A DNA stretch of 63,297 nt, counting the filler. It is 8 parts of 8 records of this genome, joined end to end, with 100 filler letters (N's around TTAATTAATTAA, not from the genome) between each part and the next. Parts side by side here need not be neighbours in the genome. Positions count along the whole stretch, not along the records: positions 49,127 to 54,639 come from SRR2962707_3406; positions 54,740 to 63,297 come from SRR2962707_3409; 6 more parts are not named here. The stretch is one strand, 5' to 3'. The notes under the pieces were generated by a model. That model saw only the letters and a list, made by a program, of their open reading frames with translations. It did not search any database and had not been told where the DNA came from. A program made the position numbers and the translations under genes. Positions 49,662 to 59,447 of the stretch are shown here, one piece after another (the first letter of the stretch is position 1; each line of letters starts with the position of its first letter).

Positions 49662-50246
49662 ATGAGCCAGCCCAATTTTAAAGAAGCCATTGAAAAAATA
49701 GATCGTGCAAACGCTCAAGATCCGAATACAGAAACCTATCAAGGAAAAGAATACCCAAAAGAATTGTTGTACTCACAACGTATGACAGAAACCTTGCTTT
49801 CTTTTGAGCCTAATGCTAGTGAAGAATTACAAATTGCTGCCAGAGCTCAACATATAGAGCGTTGGAAAATAGACAGAAACTCTTACCCTATGGACCGAAT
49901 TGGGTATTTAAAATGGAGAGAAGAACTCAAAAAAATGCATGCTGAAATTACTGCTGATATTTTAAATGAAGTTGGATACGATGACAGTTTTTCTGAAAGA
50001 GTTTCTTTTTTAATTAAGAAGAAATTACTTAAAAAAGATGAAGAAACTCAAACTTTAGAAGATGTAGTATGTTTAGTCTTTCTTCAGTATTATTTTGAAG
50101 ATTTTGCCGACAAACATTCCGATGAAAAGATAATTGACATTCTACAAAAAACATGGGGAAAAATGTCGGATAAAGGTCATAAAGCAGCTCTAAAACTCCC
50201 CTTGAACAACAAGAGTTTATCGCTTATTAAACAAGCATTAGCTTAA
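49662..50246 (+). CDS. DUF4202-family protein
   Basis: ID.AN..DP, ELLYS.RM, AAR.QHI.RW...R..YP..R.GY..WR, Q.LEDV.CLVFL, KTW.KMS. Confidence 0.9.
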   Translation: MSQPNFKEAIEKIDRANAQDPNTETYQGKEYPKELLYSQRMTETLLSFEPNASEELQIAARAQHIERWKIDRNSYPMDRIGYLKWREELKKMHAEITADILNEVGYDDSFSERVSFLIKKKLLKKDEETQTLEDVVCLVFLQYYFEDFADKHSDEKIIDILQKTWGKMSDKGHKAALKLPLNNKSLSLIKQALA

Positions 50247-50251
50247 AAACT

Positions 50252-52063
50252 ATGAGCACAAAGGTCACTTCCTTAGACCAAAATACTTTTAACAAACTTA
50301 GAAAACTGTACATTATAGCCTTAAGTGCTATTGCGGTGTCTGTTATTCTAAGTCAGATTTTAGTACGTAAATATTTAAGGGACCAACAAGATGATGCTAA
50401 AATTATTAACATTGCTGGAAGGCAGCGAATGTTAAGTCAGAAACTTACCAAAGAAGTATTATTATACACAAATGCAAACCTTACTACTAATAAAGGAGAG
50501 GTTTTAGACAATATCAAAAGTACGCTCCAATTGTGGGAATCCTCTCACCAATCTTTACAAAATGGGAATGATAGTTTACAAATAGAAGGTAATAATTCTG
50601 AAGCTATACAACTTATGTTTAAGGAGCTACAACCTTCTTTTACAAAAATCCAAACTTCTGTAAAAAACATACTTCAGGAGTCAAGTATTGATGCTGCAAT
50701 TTTTAAAAAGCAAATTCAGCAAGAAACCGCTAATTTAAGAATTCAAGAACAACAGTTTTTAACTATTATGGATCGTATTGTAAATCAATATGATAAAGAG
50801 GCAACACTAAAAGTAGAAAAACTTCAGAAGTTAGAATTCATTTTACTTATTGTAACCCTCGCCATTTTATTAGCCGAGTTTTTATTCATCTTTTGGCCAG
50901 CAGCAAAACGAACAAAACAAACAATTAAAAACCTATTAGTTTCCGAAGAAAAAGCAAAAGAAATGGCTTTTAATGCAGATGCCCTTAGTCAGGCAAAAGA
51001 AAAATCTGTAAATCAATTAAAAGCATTAAGTTTAGTTATGGAGCAAACATTATTATTTGCTCGTATCTCCTTAGACGGCTATTTAATTCATCTAGGAAAT
51101 AAATTTTCCAGTCGGTTTAATTATAGAAGTTTTAGCAGTACAACAAAGTTTTCTGAAGTAATTTCTACGGATAAAAAAGAACAAGAATATATTGAAACCC
51201 TCCTTGCAAACCATCAAAATACGGGCTGGCAGGGAGAAATAAAAGGAACTCTAGCCAATGGTGAAGCTATTTGGTTAGAAATGTCTATTATTCCTTATCA
51301 TTCTGGCGAACAAAAAGATGAATTATTGCTTATTTGCTTTGATATTACGGAACGTAAAAAAGCGCAGCTTCAAATAGAACGTCTCACTAAAGAGCGTTTC
51401 GAAGCTAAAATTGATCAACAAAAAACACTTTCAGCAAAAATAATTGAAAACCAAGAACAAGAACAAAATCGGATTGCCAAAGATATCCATGACGGAATTG
51501 GACAAATGCTAACTGGATTAAAATTTAATATTGAAAGTATTGACGTTAAAAACACAGAGAGAACCGCTGAAAAAATTGAGCATTTAAAAGAGCTAACAAC
51601 TAATATTATTAAAGGAGTTAGAACAGCTACTTTTAATTTAACACCACCAGAATTAACCGACCATGGTATAGTTCCAGCACTTACAAAGCTCTCTCAAGAA
51701 TTAGCAAAGTTTACGGGCAAGAATATAGTATTGTTTAATAAAACTGAGTTTAACGATCGGTTGGATTCTCTTACAGAAATTAACATATACAGAATTACGC
51801 AGGAGGCTGTTAATAATGCCATTAAATATGCCGAATCTACTCATATAATTATTACAATTTCTCATAGTAAAGAGTTACTTAGCATTACTATTGATGATAA
51901 CGGTAGAGGGTTTGATACTAATAAATTAAAACCAAGAGAAAATGGCGAGGGTGGTATGGGGCTCACCTTTATGAAAGAGCGTATTAACTACATCAACGGA
52001 CGATTATTTATGAGCTCTAACCCTGGAGAAGGAACACGAGTAACCATGAATGTGCCTATTTAG
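50252..52063 (+). CDS. NarX-like nitrate/nitrite sensor histidine kinase (PilJ/P-box, PAS, HisKA_3)
   Basis: DAKIINIAGRQRMLSQK P-box after TM1; PAS/PAC ending DITERK; RIAKDIHDGIGQ; YRITQEAVNNA; DDNGRGF. Confidence 0.85.
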   Translation: MSTKVTSLDQNTFNKLRKLYIIALSAIAVSVILSQILVRKYLRDQQDDAKIINIAGRQRMLSQKLTKEVLLYTNANLTTNKGEVLDNIKSTLQLWESSHQSLQNGNDSLQIEGNNSEAIQLMFKELQPSFTKIQTSVKNILQESSIDAAIFKKQIQQETANLRIQEQQFLTIMDRIVNQYDKEATLKVEKLQKLEFILLIVTLAILLAEFLFIFWPAAKRTKQTIKNLLVSEEKAKEMAFNADALSQAKEKSVNQLKALSLVMEQTLLFARISLDGYLIHLGNKFSSRFNYRSFSSTTKFSEVISTDKKEQEYIETLLANHQNTGWQGEIKGTLANGEAIWLEMSIIPYHSGEQKDELLLICFDITERKKAQLQIERLTKERFEAKIDQQKTLSAKIIENQEQEQNRIAKDIHDGIGQMLTGLKFNIESIDVKNTERTAEKIEHLKELTTNIIKGVRTATFNLTPPELTDHGIVPALTKLSQELAKFTGKNIVLFNKTEFNDRLDSLTEINIYRITQEAVNNAIKYAESTHIIITISHSKELLSITIDDNGRGFDTNKLKPRENGEGGMGLTFMKERINYINGRLFMSSNPGEGTRVTMNVPI

Positions 52064-52234
52064 AAATAAGGGATTTGTTATAATTGACGAAAAAATTTAC
52101 TAGCCACCAATTTACAAATACATCTATATTATTTTTTTAATCCTACCATGAACCCCTACAGGAAAAGGGAAAATTTATATCCGTGAATCTGTGGCTAAAA
52201 TTTATGAGCTCAATAAAAGCATTACTTAGTAGGT

Positions 52235-52250
52235 TAAGTATTTTTCCGTA
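52235..52250 (-). promoter_or_regulatory. Putative NarL-type binding site
   Basis: Minus strand TACG-N6-TACTTA; also a TACTTA-N6-TAAGTA palindrome at 52223-52240. Confidence 0.45.
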
Positions 52251-52281
52251 TTTTCGTACTTAGAATACGACTAACGCAACT

Positions 52282-52938
52282 ATGGAACATATTAATATTA
52301 TTCTTGCAGACGACCATGTTCTTGTAAGAGATGGAATCAAATCTTTATTGGAAGACGATAAATCAATACATGTAATTGATGAAGCTTCTAATGGCAAAGA
52401 AGCATTGGAAATTATTGCGAAAAATAAACCTGATTTATTAGTTGTAGATATTAGAATGCCAGAAATGAATGGTATAGAAGTTGTAAAACGACTCAAAAAA
52501 TCAAACCCCGAAGTAAAAGCCTTGGTACTTTCTATGCACGATTCTGAAGAATACGTAGTACAATCCATACAATCTGGAGCAGACGGTTATTTATTAAAAG
52601 GTTCTAGTAAAGAAGAATTCTTAAAAGCTTTACATACCGTTGCGGAAGGTGGGAAATATTTTTCTGGTGATGTTTCTTCTATAATCATCAATAATTTTGT
52701 TGATGGAAAACCTAAAAAAGTTACTGATACTTCTGTTGAAAACGACTTTAATCTTACCAAAAGAGAAAAACAAATTCTGAAACACGTACTTAAAGGATTA
52801 AGTAACAAAGAAATTGCCGAAGAATTAAAAATTAGTAAACGGACAGCAGAAGTACACCGCTTCAACTTGATGAAGAAATTAGAAGTGAAAAATCAGATGG
52901 AGCTTGCTAACAAAGCAAATACTTATAACCTACTATAA
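52282..52938 (+). CDS. NarL/FixJ-family response regulator (REC + LuxR HTH)
   Basis: LADDH.LVR.G, DIRMP, LSMHD, LTKREKQIL...GLSNKEIA..L.IS.RT.EVHR. Confidence 0.95.
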   Translation: MEHINIILADDHVLVRDGIKSLLEDDKSIHVIDEASNGKEALEIIAKNKPDLLVVDIRMPEMNGIEVVKRLKKSNPEVKALVLSMHDSEEYVVQSIQSGADGYLLKGSSKEEFLKALHTVAEGGKYFSGDVSSIIINNFVDGKPKKVTDTSVENDFNLTKREKQILKHVLKGLSNKEIAEELKISKRTAEVHRFNLMKKLEVKNQMELANKANTYNLL

Positions 52939-53038
52939 CCTCTCCCTCATAAGGAATTCAACTTAAAAACTACGTATTTACAACAAAACCTTCATCTACA
53001 TCTTTCTTGGTTTTTTAAATATTATTCAATTTAAAACC

Positions 53039-53070
53039 AAGGAATTAAATAGTTTTTTATTTAATTCCTT
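53039..53070. promoter_or_regulatory. 13-bp perfect inverted repeat (operator or terminator hairpin)
   Basis: AAGGAATTAAATA-N6-TATTTAATTCCTT. Confidence 0.45.
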
Positions 53071-53091
53071 TAAAATTCAATATTTCATAAT

Positions 53092-53140
53092 TCCGCTCAA
53101 ATACTTACTTATTATTTTAATTATTACGTATTAATACTTA
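53092..53140 (+). promoter_or_regulatory. Two putative NarL-type sites upstream of the nitrate transporter
   Basis: TCCG-N6-TACTTA (53092-53107) and TACG-N6-TACTTA (53125-53140). Confidence 0.45.
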
Positions 53141-53166
53141 ATTTTATAAAAGAAAATTTAAGTTTT

Positions 53167-54588
53167 ATGAAGACAACAGTAACAACCAAAGCAACCAAGT
53201 TAAATTTAACAAATTTAAAGAGCATTCCAATTAGAACATTTTGGATCTCATCAATTGCCTTTTTCATGTGTTTCTTCGCATGGTTTGGTATTGTTCCCTT
53301 TATGCCCGATGTGGTAAAAGAATTAGGATTAACTCCAGACCAAAAATGGAATGCAGTGATATTAGCGGTAACAGGAACTGTATTTGCACGCTTACTTATT
53401 GGAAAGTTGTGTGATAAATACGGCCCACGTTTATGCTATACATGGCTATTAATAATTGGGTCTATTCCAGTAATATTAAGTGGTTTAGCACAAACTCCTA
53501 TGCAATTTTTAATTTGTAGGTTTTTAATAGGTTTTATAGGAGCTTCTTTTGTAATTACTCAAGTACACACCTCTTTAATGTTTGCTTCCAATATTGTAGG
53601 AACTGCAAATGCAACTTCTGCAGGATGGGGAAATCTTGGTGGTGGTGCAAACCGATTAGGAATGCCTTTAATTGCGGCGGCAGTAATAAGTTTTGGAGTA
53701 GCAGAAACCGACGCCTGGAGGTATGCTATGATTATTGCTGGAACCATTTGTTTTTTGATGGGAATTGTATACTTCTTTTTCACTCAAGATACTCCTGAAG
53801 GAAATATAAAAGCGCTTAAAGAAAAAGGTAAGAAAATACCGAATGGAAAAAAAGACGAAGTAGGGTTTCTTGAAGCCATTAAAGATTATAGAGTTTGGAT
53901 TTTATTTATTGTATATGCCGCGTGTTTTGGTATTGAACTTACAGTGTATGGTACTATGGACGACTATTTACAAAACACCTTTCAATTAGAAAGAATTACA
54001 GCAGGTAACATTGTTTTATCATTTGCTTTGATGAATATTTTTGCTAGAACTCTTGGGGGATTCTTTGGAGATAAATTTGGAAAAACAAAAGGCTTACGTG
54101 GTCGCGTACTCTTTTTGGTAGCCATATTAGCTATAGAAGGCGTTATGCTAACCGTATTTTCTACCATGACGAGCTTGATTGCAGGAATCGTATTCTTAGT
54201 TGCCTTTAGCTTGTCTGTACAAATGGCAGAAGGAGCAACATTTTCGGTAGTTCCATTTATAAATAAAAAAGCTATTGGTTCTATTTCTGGAATTGTAGGA
54301 GCTGGAGGAAATGTAGGAGCTTTTTTAGCGGCTATTCTCTTAAAATCTAAATCGGCTATTGCAGAAAAAATTGCAATTGAAGATCATCAAGGTATGGGAG
54401 AGGCTGTTATAAAAGCAGCACAATCAGAAGCAGCAGCTTCTGCAGTATCTAGTGGTTATTTAATGATTGGAATGTTAGTTGTAGCTACTGGAATTTGTGC
54501 GCTAGCAATTAGATTTTCCGCTCAAGATGAAAAAATTGCCCAAAAGGAATTACATCAAACATCTAGAGAGTTTGCAACTGTCAATTAA
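53167..54588 (+). CDS. narK: NarK/NRT2-family MFS nitrate/nitrite transporter
   Basis: F..CFFAWF, G.LCD.YGPR, nitrate signature GTANATSAGWGNLGGG, ARTLGG, G.VGAGGNVG. Confidence 0.92.
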   Translation: MKTTVTTKATKLNLTNLKSIPIRTFWISSIAFFMCFFAWFGIVPFMPDVVKELGLTPDQKWNAVILAVTGTVFARLLIGKLCDKYGPRLCYTWLLIIGSIPVILSGLAQTPMQFLICRFLIGFIGASFVITQVHTSLMFASNIVGTANATSAGWGNLGGGANRLGMPLIAAAVISFGVAETDAWRYAMIIAGTICFLMGIVYFFFTQDTPEGNIKALKEKGKKIPNGKKDEVGFLEAIKDYRVWILFIVYAACFGIELTVYGTMDDYLQNTFQLERITAGNIVLSFALMNIFARTLGGFFGDKFGKTKGLRGRVLFLVAILAIEGVMLTVFSTMTSLIAGIVFLVAFSLSVQMAEGATFSVVPFINKKAIGSISGIVGAGGNVGAFLAAILLKSKSAIAEKIAIEDHQGMGEAVIKAAQSEAAASAVSSGYLMIGMLVVATGICALAIRFSAQDEKIAQKELHQTSREFATVN

Positions 54589-54639
54589 ATCAACTACCTC
54601 GGGGCAAACCTACGAGGTATTCAAAGAAAAATAATTTAA
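54588..54639 (+). repeat. Partial copy of the REP/MITE-like repeat at the contig end
   Basis: AATCAACTACCTCGGGGCAAACCTACGAGGTATTCAAAG directly at the narK stop. Confidence 0.8.
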
Positions 54640-54739
54640 NNNNNNNNNNNNNNNNNNNNNNNNNNNNNNNNNNNNNNNNNNNNTTAATTAATTAANNNNN
54701 NNNNNNNNNNNNNNNNNNNNNNNNNNNNNNNNNNNNNNN
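54640..54739. other. Artificial contig spacer
   Basis: N44-TTAATTAATTAA-N44. Confidence 0.98.
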
Positions 54740-55330
54740 GAGTTTGGCTTCGGGCATGTTGGTCATGCCGATGACGTCGCAGCCCCACTGGCGATAGAGA
54801 TTGGACTCGGCAATGGTCGAAAACTGCGGCCCTTCCATCACCAGGTACGTGCCGCCCCGGGCATGCGGAATGTCCAGTGCCGCAAGGCTTTCCGTCAGCG
54901 CATCGCCGAGACGCGAACATACCGGATGCCCGAACCCGACATGGGCCACCAGACCCTCGGCAAAAAAGCTTTTGGTGCGGGCGAAGGTGCGGTCGATGAA
55001 CTGATCGACGACGACGAACGTCCCCGGCGGGTATTCATCCTTCAGCGAGCCGCACGCCGACAATGACAGGACTTCCGTGCATCCGAGCCGTTTCAGCGCA
55101 TCGATGTTGGCGCGGAAGTTCAGGTCCGACGGCGGGATGCTGTGGCCGCGGGCATGGCGCGGCAGAAAGGCCATTTCGACGCCGTCCAGGGTGCCGCGCA
55201 GTATCTCGTCGGACGGATCACCGAAGGGGGTTTTCACGCTTTCCCAGCGGGCGTCTTCCAGACCGTCGATTTCATAAAGACCGCTGCCGCCGATCACGCC
55301 GATCATCGGTGTTGGCGCCGCATCGCTCAT
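54740..55330 (-). CDS. mtnP: S-methyl-5'-thioadenosine phosphorylase, 3'-truncated
   Basis: IGGSGLY, TPFG.PSD, FLPRH..GH, RANI.AL, DQFIDRT, EGPQFST.AES, GMTNMPEAKL. Confidence 0.95.
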
Positions 55331-56013
55331 ACGCTCTCTCCACGCCGCAGAACCGCTTCGAACAGCTGGGTCGTGCGCATCCCGGCAATGGCAGCCGCAC
55401 GTGGATCGAAGCTGCCCCGCATGTCGCAGTGAAAGCCGTGGCCGGCTTCATAGACGTGAATGCCGACCCCCGGTTGTGCCTTGCGCACGGTCTCGACATC
55501 GCTCATCGGGATCGAGCCATCGCTGTCACCGAAATGCAGGATCGTCGGGCACGTCGGGGATTCGCCGGCGACCTCGTGAATGCCACCGCCGTAATAACCG
55601 CTGGCGGCCTGGATATCGAGCCGGCAGGCGGCCAGATACGTCACGAACCCGCCCCAGCAGTAACCGACGGCGCCGACCCGGCCGGCATCGGCAATCGCCG
55701 CGCGGGCGGCATCGACATCCGCCATGACACCGTCCAGATGCTCGTTGGCGGTCGCCTTGTGGGCGCGTCCCTTTTCGATATCGGCAGGCTCATAGCCGAC
55801 CTCGAAGCCCGGTTCCCAGCGGTCGTACAGCGCCGGGGCGATCGCCGTGTAGCCGACCGCCGCCCAGCGTTCGACAAGGTCGCGAATGTGCACGTTCACG
55901 CCGAAAACTTCCTGAATGACGATGATGCCGCCATAAGGCGTGCCGTCCGGGTCGGCGCGGTAGGCATCGAACGCGTGACCGTCGGACGCCGTTAATTTGA
56001 TGGTTTCGGGCAT
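55327..56013 (-). CDS. Dienelactone hydrolase family protein
   Basis: IQEVFGVN, GYCWGG nucleophile, YYGG, HFG..D, AGHGFHCD. Confidence 0.93.
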   Translation of the reverse strand: MPETIKLTASDGHAFDAYRADPDGTPYGGIIVIQEVFGVNVHIRDLVERWAAVGYTAIAPALYDRWEPGFEVGYEPADIEKGRAHKATANEHLDGVMADVDAARAAIADAGRVGAVGYCWGGFVTYLAACRLDIQAASGYYGGGIHEVAGESPTCPTILHFGDSDGSIPMSDVETVRKAQPGVGIHVYEAGHGFHCDMRGSFDPRAAAIAGMRTTQLFEAVLRRGESV

Positions 56014-56183
56014 TTTTTCATGATCCTCCCTGAAGTGGTCGCAAAAAACAGCCTAAAGTTATGCATAGGGTAATCAAGGGATAACAGCCAGGATTCTAGG
56101 TTGCAGATGACAACACTTTTATTGATGATAACTAGAAAATACCATCATAGGTATTCATGAGGGAATTAAGGGGGCGATTGAGT

Positions 56184-56906
56184 ATGAAGCTATTCCGCGG
56201 GCGCTTTGCCAAAAATCTAGCCGGCATCACGATTGTCGCATTTCTACTGTCAGCCTGTCAGACGACGGCTGTTTATACCAGTGATGTCCTCAAGCGGTCT
56301 GAGGAGAAAGTGCGGATTCTGGTCATGCCGATGGACGTTGAGTTGAGCGAGGTTTCCCTGGGGGGCGTTGCAACGATCCGCGCAGACTGGACAGAAGCGG
56401 CACAAACCCACCTCAAAACCTCACTGGATCAATTTCTGGCTGAGCGGAACGCGGAGATCGTCTTTTATACGCCCCCTGCCGAAACTTCCGAGTTCAAGGA
56501 AGACGACGAACAACTGGTGAAACTGTTCGGCGCCGTCGCGAATGCAATTTCCGTTCACCACTATGTGCCTGGCTTTGCGTTGCCGAGCAAAAAGGAACAG
56601 TTTGACTGGACCATGGGCGACACCATCGACGGCATCAGCGAACGCTATGATGCCGACTACGCCTTGTTCATTACGGTGAAGGACAGTTATGCAACGGCAG
56701 AACGTGCCGCCGCGATTGCCGTTGCGGCGATTCTCTTCGGCGTTGCCTTGCAGGGCGGCATTCAACAGGGTGCAGCGGCGCTCGTCGATCTGGATTCCGG
56801 TGAATTTGCCTGGTTCAATCAGCTGGCCCGTGGCGCAGGTGACATTCGAACCGAGAAGCCTGCAAAAGAAACCATGACCTCGCTGATGCTGGAATTCCCC
56901 AAGTGA
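56184..56906 (+). CDS. Uncharacterised lipoprotein
   Basis: SD AAGGGGG before ATG 56184; lipobox LSAC; C-terminal AALVDL.SG...WFN......GD.R. Confidence 0.78.
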   Translation: MKLFRGRFAKNLAGITIVAFLLSACQTTAVYTSDVLKRSEEKVRILVMPMDVELSEVSLGGVATIRADWTEAAQTHLKTSLDQFLAERNAEIVFYTPPAETSEFKEDDEQLVKLFGAVANAISVHHYVPGFALPSKKEQFDWTMGDTIDGISERYDADYALFITVKDSYATAERAAAIAVAAILFGVALQGGIQQGAAALVDLDSGEFAWFNQLARGAGDIRTEKPAKETMTSLMLEFPK

Positions 56907-58258
56907 TTTTTTCCTGCTCACGGCTGGCCTGCCTGATCGCAGCATCTGTTGCCATTTCAGCGTGCCAGACAACCGGGACCAGCAAATGGGTCCCGGCCAG
57001 TTCGTCAGCAGCGGATATCACGACTTCCGATAATCACGTTCTTGCCGGCCAGGAGGCGGTTGGCATTCAGGATATCAATTTCGAGATCGGCAAGAACCCA
57101 TATGCTTACAAGGATATCCCGCCCGGTGTCCGGCCGGCCCTCGACACCCGTGAAGCCGGCATTTGGCTGCAACTGGACAAGATCGAGGAAAAACAGAAAA
57201 GCGCCGGAAACCGGATCAATGATGATGAATTAAATTCATACCTTACCGAAATCGCCTGCAAAATGAGCGGCCCTTACTGCAAGGACATCCGGGTCTACAC
57301 GCAGCGCATCCCTCTGTTCAACGCGACCATGTCGCCGAACGGCATGATGACGATCTATACGGGATTCCTGCTCCGAACCCAGAACGAAGCTCAGCTGGCG
57401 TCCGTTATCGGCCATGAAGTCGGACACTACATCAGACGGCACAGCATTCAGGGTCTGGATGATACCATCGCGAAATCCGACTTTAGCGCAGTTTTTGGCA
57501 TACTTGCGGCAGGCATGGGCGCGCCGGGTGCCGCAGACCTGATGAACCTGGCTTTGATCAGTTCCCAGTTTTCATTTAACCGCGACCATGAACGTGAAGC
57601 TGACCTGATCGGCATCAACCTCTTACACCTCCGCGGATATGATACACGCGAGGCTGCAAATGTCTGGAAACTGCTGCTGCGAGAGCGCGATCCCGACAAG
57701 AATCCGGATGAAGTTTCCACATCGACCCCCTTTTCCAGTACCCACCCCTCTGACGGTGAACGTCTGAAATCCCTCACATCGATTTCCAACAAGTTACAGG
57801 GACCGGATAAGTGGGGAGTCACGAATGAAGAGCGGTTTGACAAAATCGTCGGCCCCTGGAAGTTCCGTTTTTTGCAGGATGAAGTCCGGCTTCGGAACTG
57901 GAAAACGTCATTGGCGTTGCTCGATATTCTTGAAGAATATGGCCACGACAAAGCGGAGATCGCGTTCTTCCAGGGTGAGATTTATCGCAACCGGGATAAA
58001 AAAGCGGACAAGGATGCCGAGGACGAAGATGACCGGATCGCCGACATCGACCGGGCTCTGGAAGCTTATGAGAAATGCCTCTCGTTACCGGGTGCACCGG
58101 CAGAAGCATACCGGGCGGCGGGGCTGATCCATTACAAGAAATCCAATCATGAAAAATCGCGCGCTGCGTTAAGCCGCTATCTGCAGCTCAAACCCAACGC
58201 AAAAGACAGAAAATTGATCCAGTATATGATCAACAATGCAGGGAGTGTTTCCTCTTGA
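56903..58258 (+). CDS. M48-family zinc metalloprotease lipoprotein with C-terminal TPRs (BepA-like)
   Basis: Lipobox ISAC; FNA.M.PNG, GFLLR..NEAQLA.VIGHEVGH, E.EAD..G, STHP; TPR-like tail. Confidence 0.88.
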   Translation: MIFSCSRLACLIAASVAISACQTTGTSKWVPASSSAADITTSDNHVLAGQEAVGIQDINFEIGKNPYAYKDIPPGVRPALDTREAGIWLQLDKIEEKQKSAGNRINDDELNSYLTEIACKMSGPYCKDIRVYTQRIPLFNATMSPNGMMTIYTGFLLRTQNEAQLASVIGHEVGHYIRRHSIQGLDDTIAKSDFSAVFGILAAGMGAPGAADLMNLALISSQFSFNRDHEREADLIGINLLHLRGYDTREAANVWKLLLRERDPDKNPDEVSTSTPFSSTHPSDGERLKSLTSISNKLQGPDKWGVTNEERFDKIVGPWKFRFLQDEVRLRNWKTSLALLDILEEYGHDKAEIAFFQGEIYRNRDKKADKDAEDEDDRIADIDRALEAYEKCLSLPGAPAEAYRAAGLIHYKKSNHEKSRAALSRYLQLKPNAKDRKLIQYMINNAGSVSS

Positions 58259-58815
58259 AGAAGCTTATCGTCATCTGTGCTCTGATCCTGAACGCCTGCA
58301 CGGCCTTCACATTGGTGGAACCCGGCAAAATCGATGTGGGTGGGGCGTATTATGTTACCGTCGATTCGGCCTGGAGCCGTTCACAACATGGTCACATCCA
58401 CTCTCTGACAAAGGATGGGTTTGCGATCCAGGCCCTGCAACTGTCTACGGGCGTCAAAGAAAAAGAGCACTTGTTTACGGGTCAGACACAACTTGAACAG
58501 CCGCCCTACAAATCAGACCTGAGCCTGATCGAGCTTCAGCAGTTTATTCATGACAGCTTTGTCGCCAGTGGTGTCGAGAAGATTTCGTTCAGCGAAATCC
58601 GCCCCGAATCCTTCGGTGAGGCGCAGGGCATCCGGGCCGAATTCGACTTCTATACAAAAAGTGGCCTACATAAACGCGCAATCATCGCCGGAGCACAGAA
58701 TGACGGAAAATTCTATTTTATTCTGTACCATGCCCCAGCCCTGTATTTCTTCGACAAGAACAAGCAGGATGCGGAAGATATCATTCGCTCGGTGACGTTT
58801 AAAAAAGAGACCTGA
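58255..58815 (+). CDS. Uncharacterised lipoprotein (possible PsbP/DcrB-like fold)
   Basis: TTG start overlapping the M48 stop; lipobox LNAC; C-terminal Y.ILY.AP...F.......II.SV. Confidence 0.72.
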   Translation: MKKLIVICALILNACTAFTLVEPGKIDVGGAYYVTVDSAWSRSQHGHIHSLTKDGFAIQALQLSTGVKEKEHLFTGQTQLEQPPYKSDLSLIELQQFIHDSFVASGVEKISFSEIRPESFGEAQGIRAEFDFYTKSGLHKRAIIAGAQNDGKFYFILYHAPALYFFDKNKQDAEDIIRSVTFKKET

Positions 58816-58818
58816 TCT

Positions 58819-59445
58819 CTACTCTGCCGCCGATTTCATGTTCGGGCGCATCAGTGTGAAGACGTCCTCGACGGATGTGTAGTCCATGTAACCGAGCCGG
58901 GCGACCGGACGGATTTTCAGGACATCGACCATGCCGTCCTTGAGGAACTCGTCCTTGATATGCACGCCGATGACACGGCCGACGCAGAGCGCGTTACCGC
59001 CGCCGTTGCTGTCCGCAGGCAGGTCCATCTTGCCGATGAACGTACATTCGAGATGGATCGGCGCCGCCTTGACCCGGAGCGGTTTGACCAGTTCCGAGGG
59101 CTCCATTTCGATACCGAGCAGTTCCGCTTCATCCACATCTGCCGCGTAGCCGGCGCTGGAATCGTTCATGGAATCGATCAGTTCATAGGACACCATCGAG
59201 CAGACGAACTCACCCGTCTGTTCGGCGTTGTAAATACTGTCCTTGGGTTCACCCGGCCCGCGGCTGCCGCTGGCGAACATCACCATCGGCGGCTCGCCGG
59301 AGACGCCGTTGAAGAACGAATACGGCGACAGGTTCCCGACCCCGTCCGGGCCGATCGTTGAAATCCAGCCGATCGGGCGCGGAATGACACAGCTCTTGAA
59401 CGGGTTGCGCGGCAAGCCGTGCGGTTCATCGGTTTTCCAGAACAT
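58819..59445 (-). CDS. Flavin reductase family protein (DIM6/NTAB-like)
   Basis: PRPIGWIST....G..N.SPYSFFN, KDS..N...TGEF, P.ARLGY. Confidence 0.92.
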   Translation of the reverse strand: MFWKTDEPHGLPRNPFKSCVIPRPIGWISTIGPDGVGNLSPYSFFNGVSGEPPMVMFASGSRGPGEPKDSIYNAEQTGEFVCSMVSYELIDSMNDSSAGYAADVDEAELLGIEMEPSELVKPLRVKAAPIHLECTFIGKMDLPADSNGGGNALCVGRVIGVHIKDEFLKDGMVDVLKIRPVARLGYMDYTSVEDVFTLMRPNMKSAAE

Positions 59446-59447
59446 GG

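Noticed and set aside
52941-52961. Possible inverted remnant of the REP-like element end (CCCTCATAAGGAATTCAA)
   Set aside because: Too short and divergent to call with confidence.
55063-55995. 310-aa plus-strand ORF
   Set aside because: Shadow of mtnP and the dienelactone hydrolase; no motifs.
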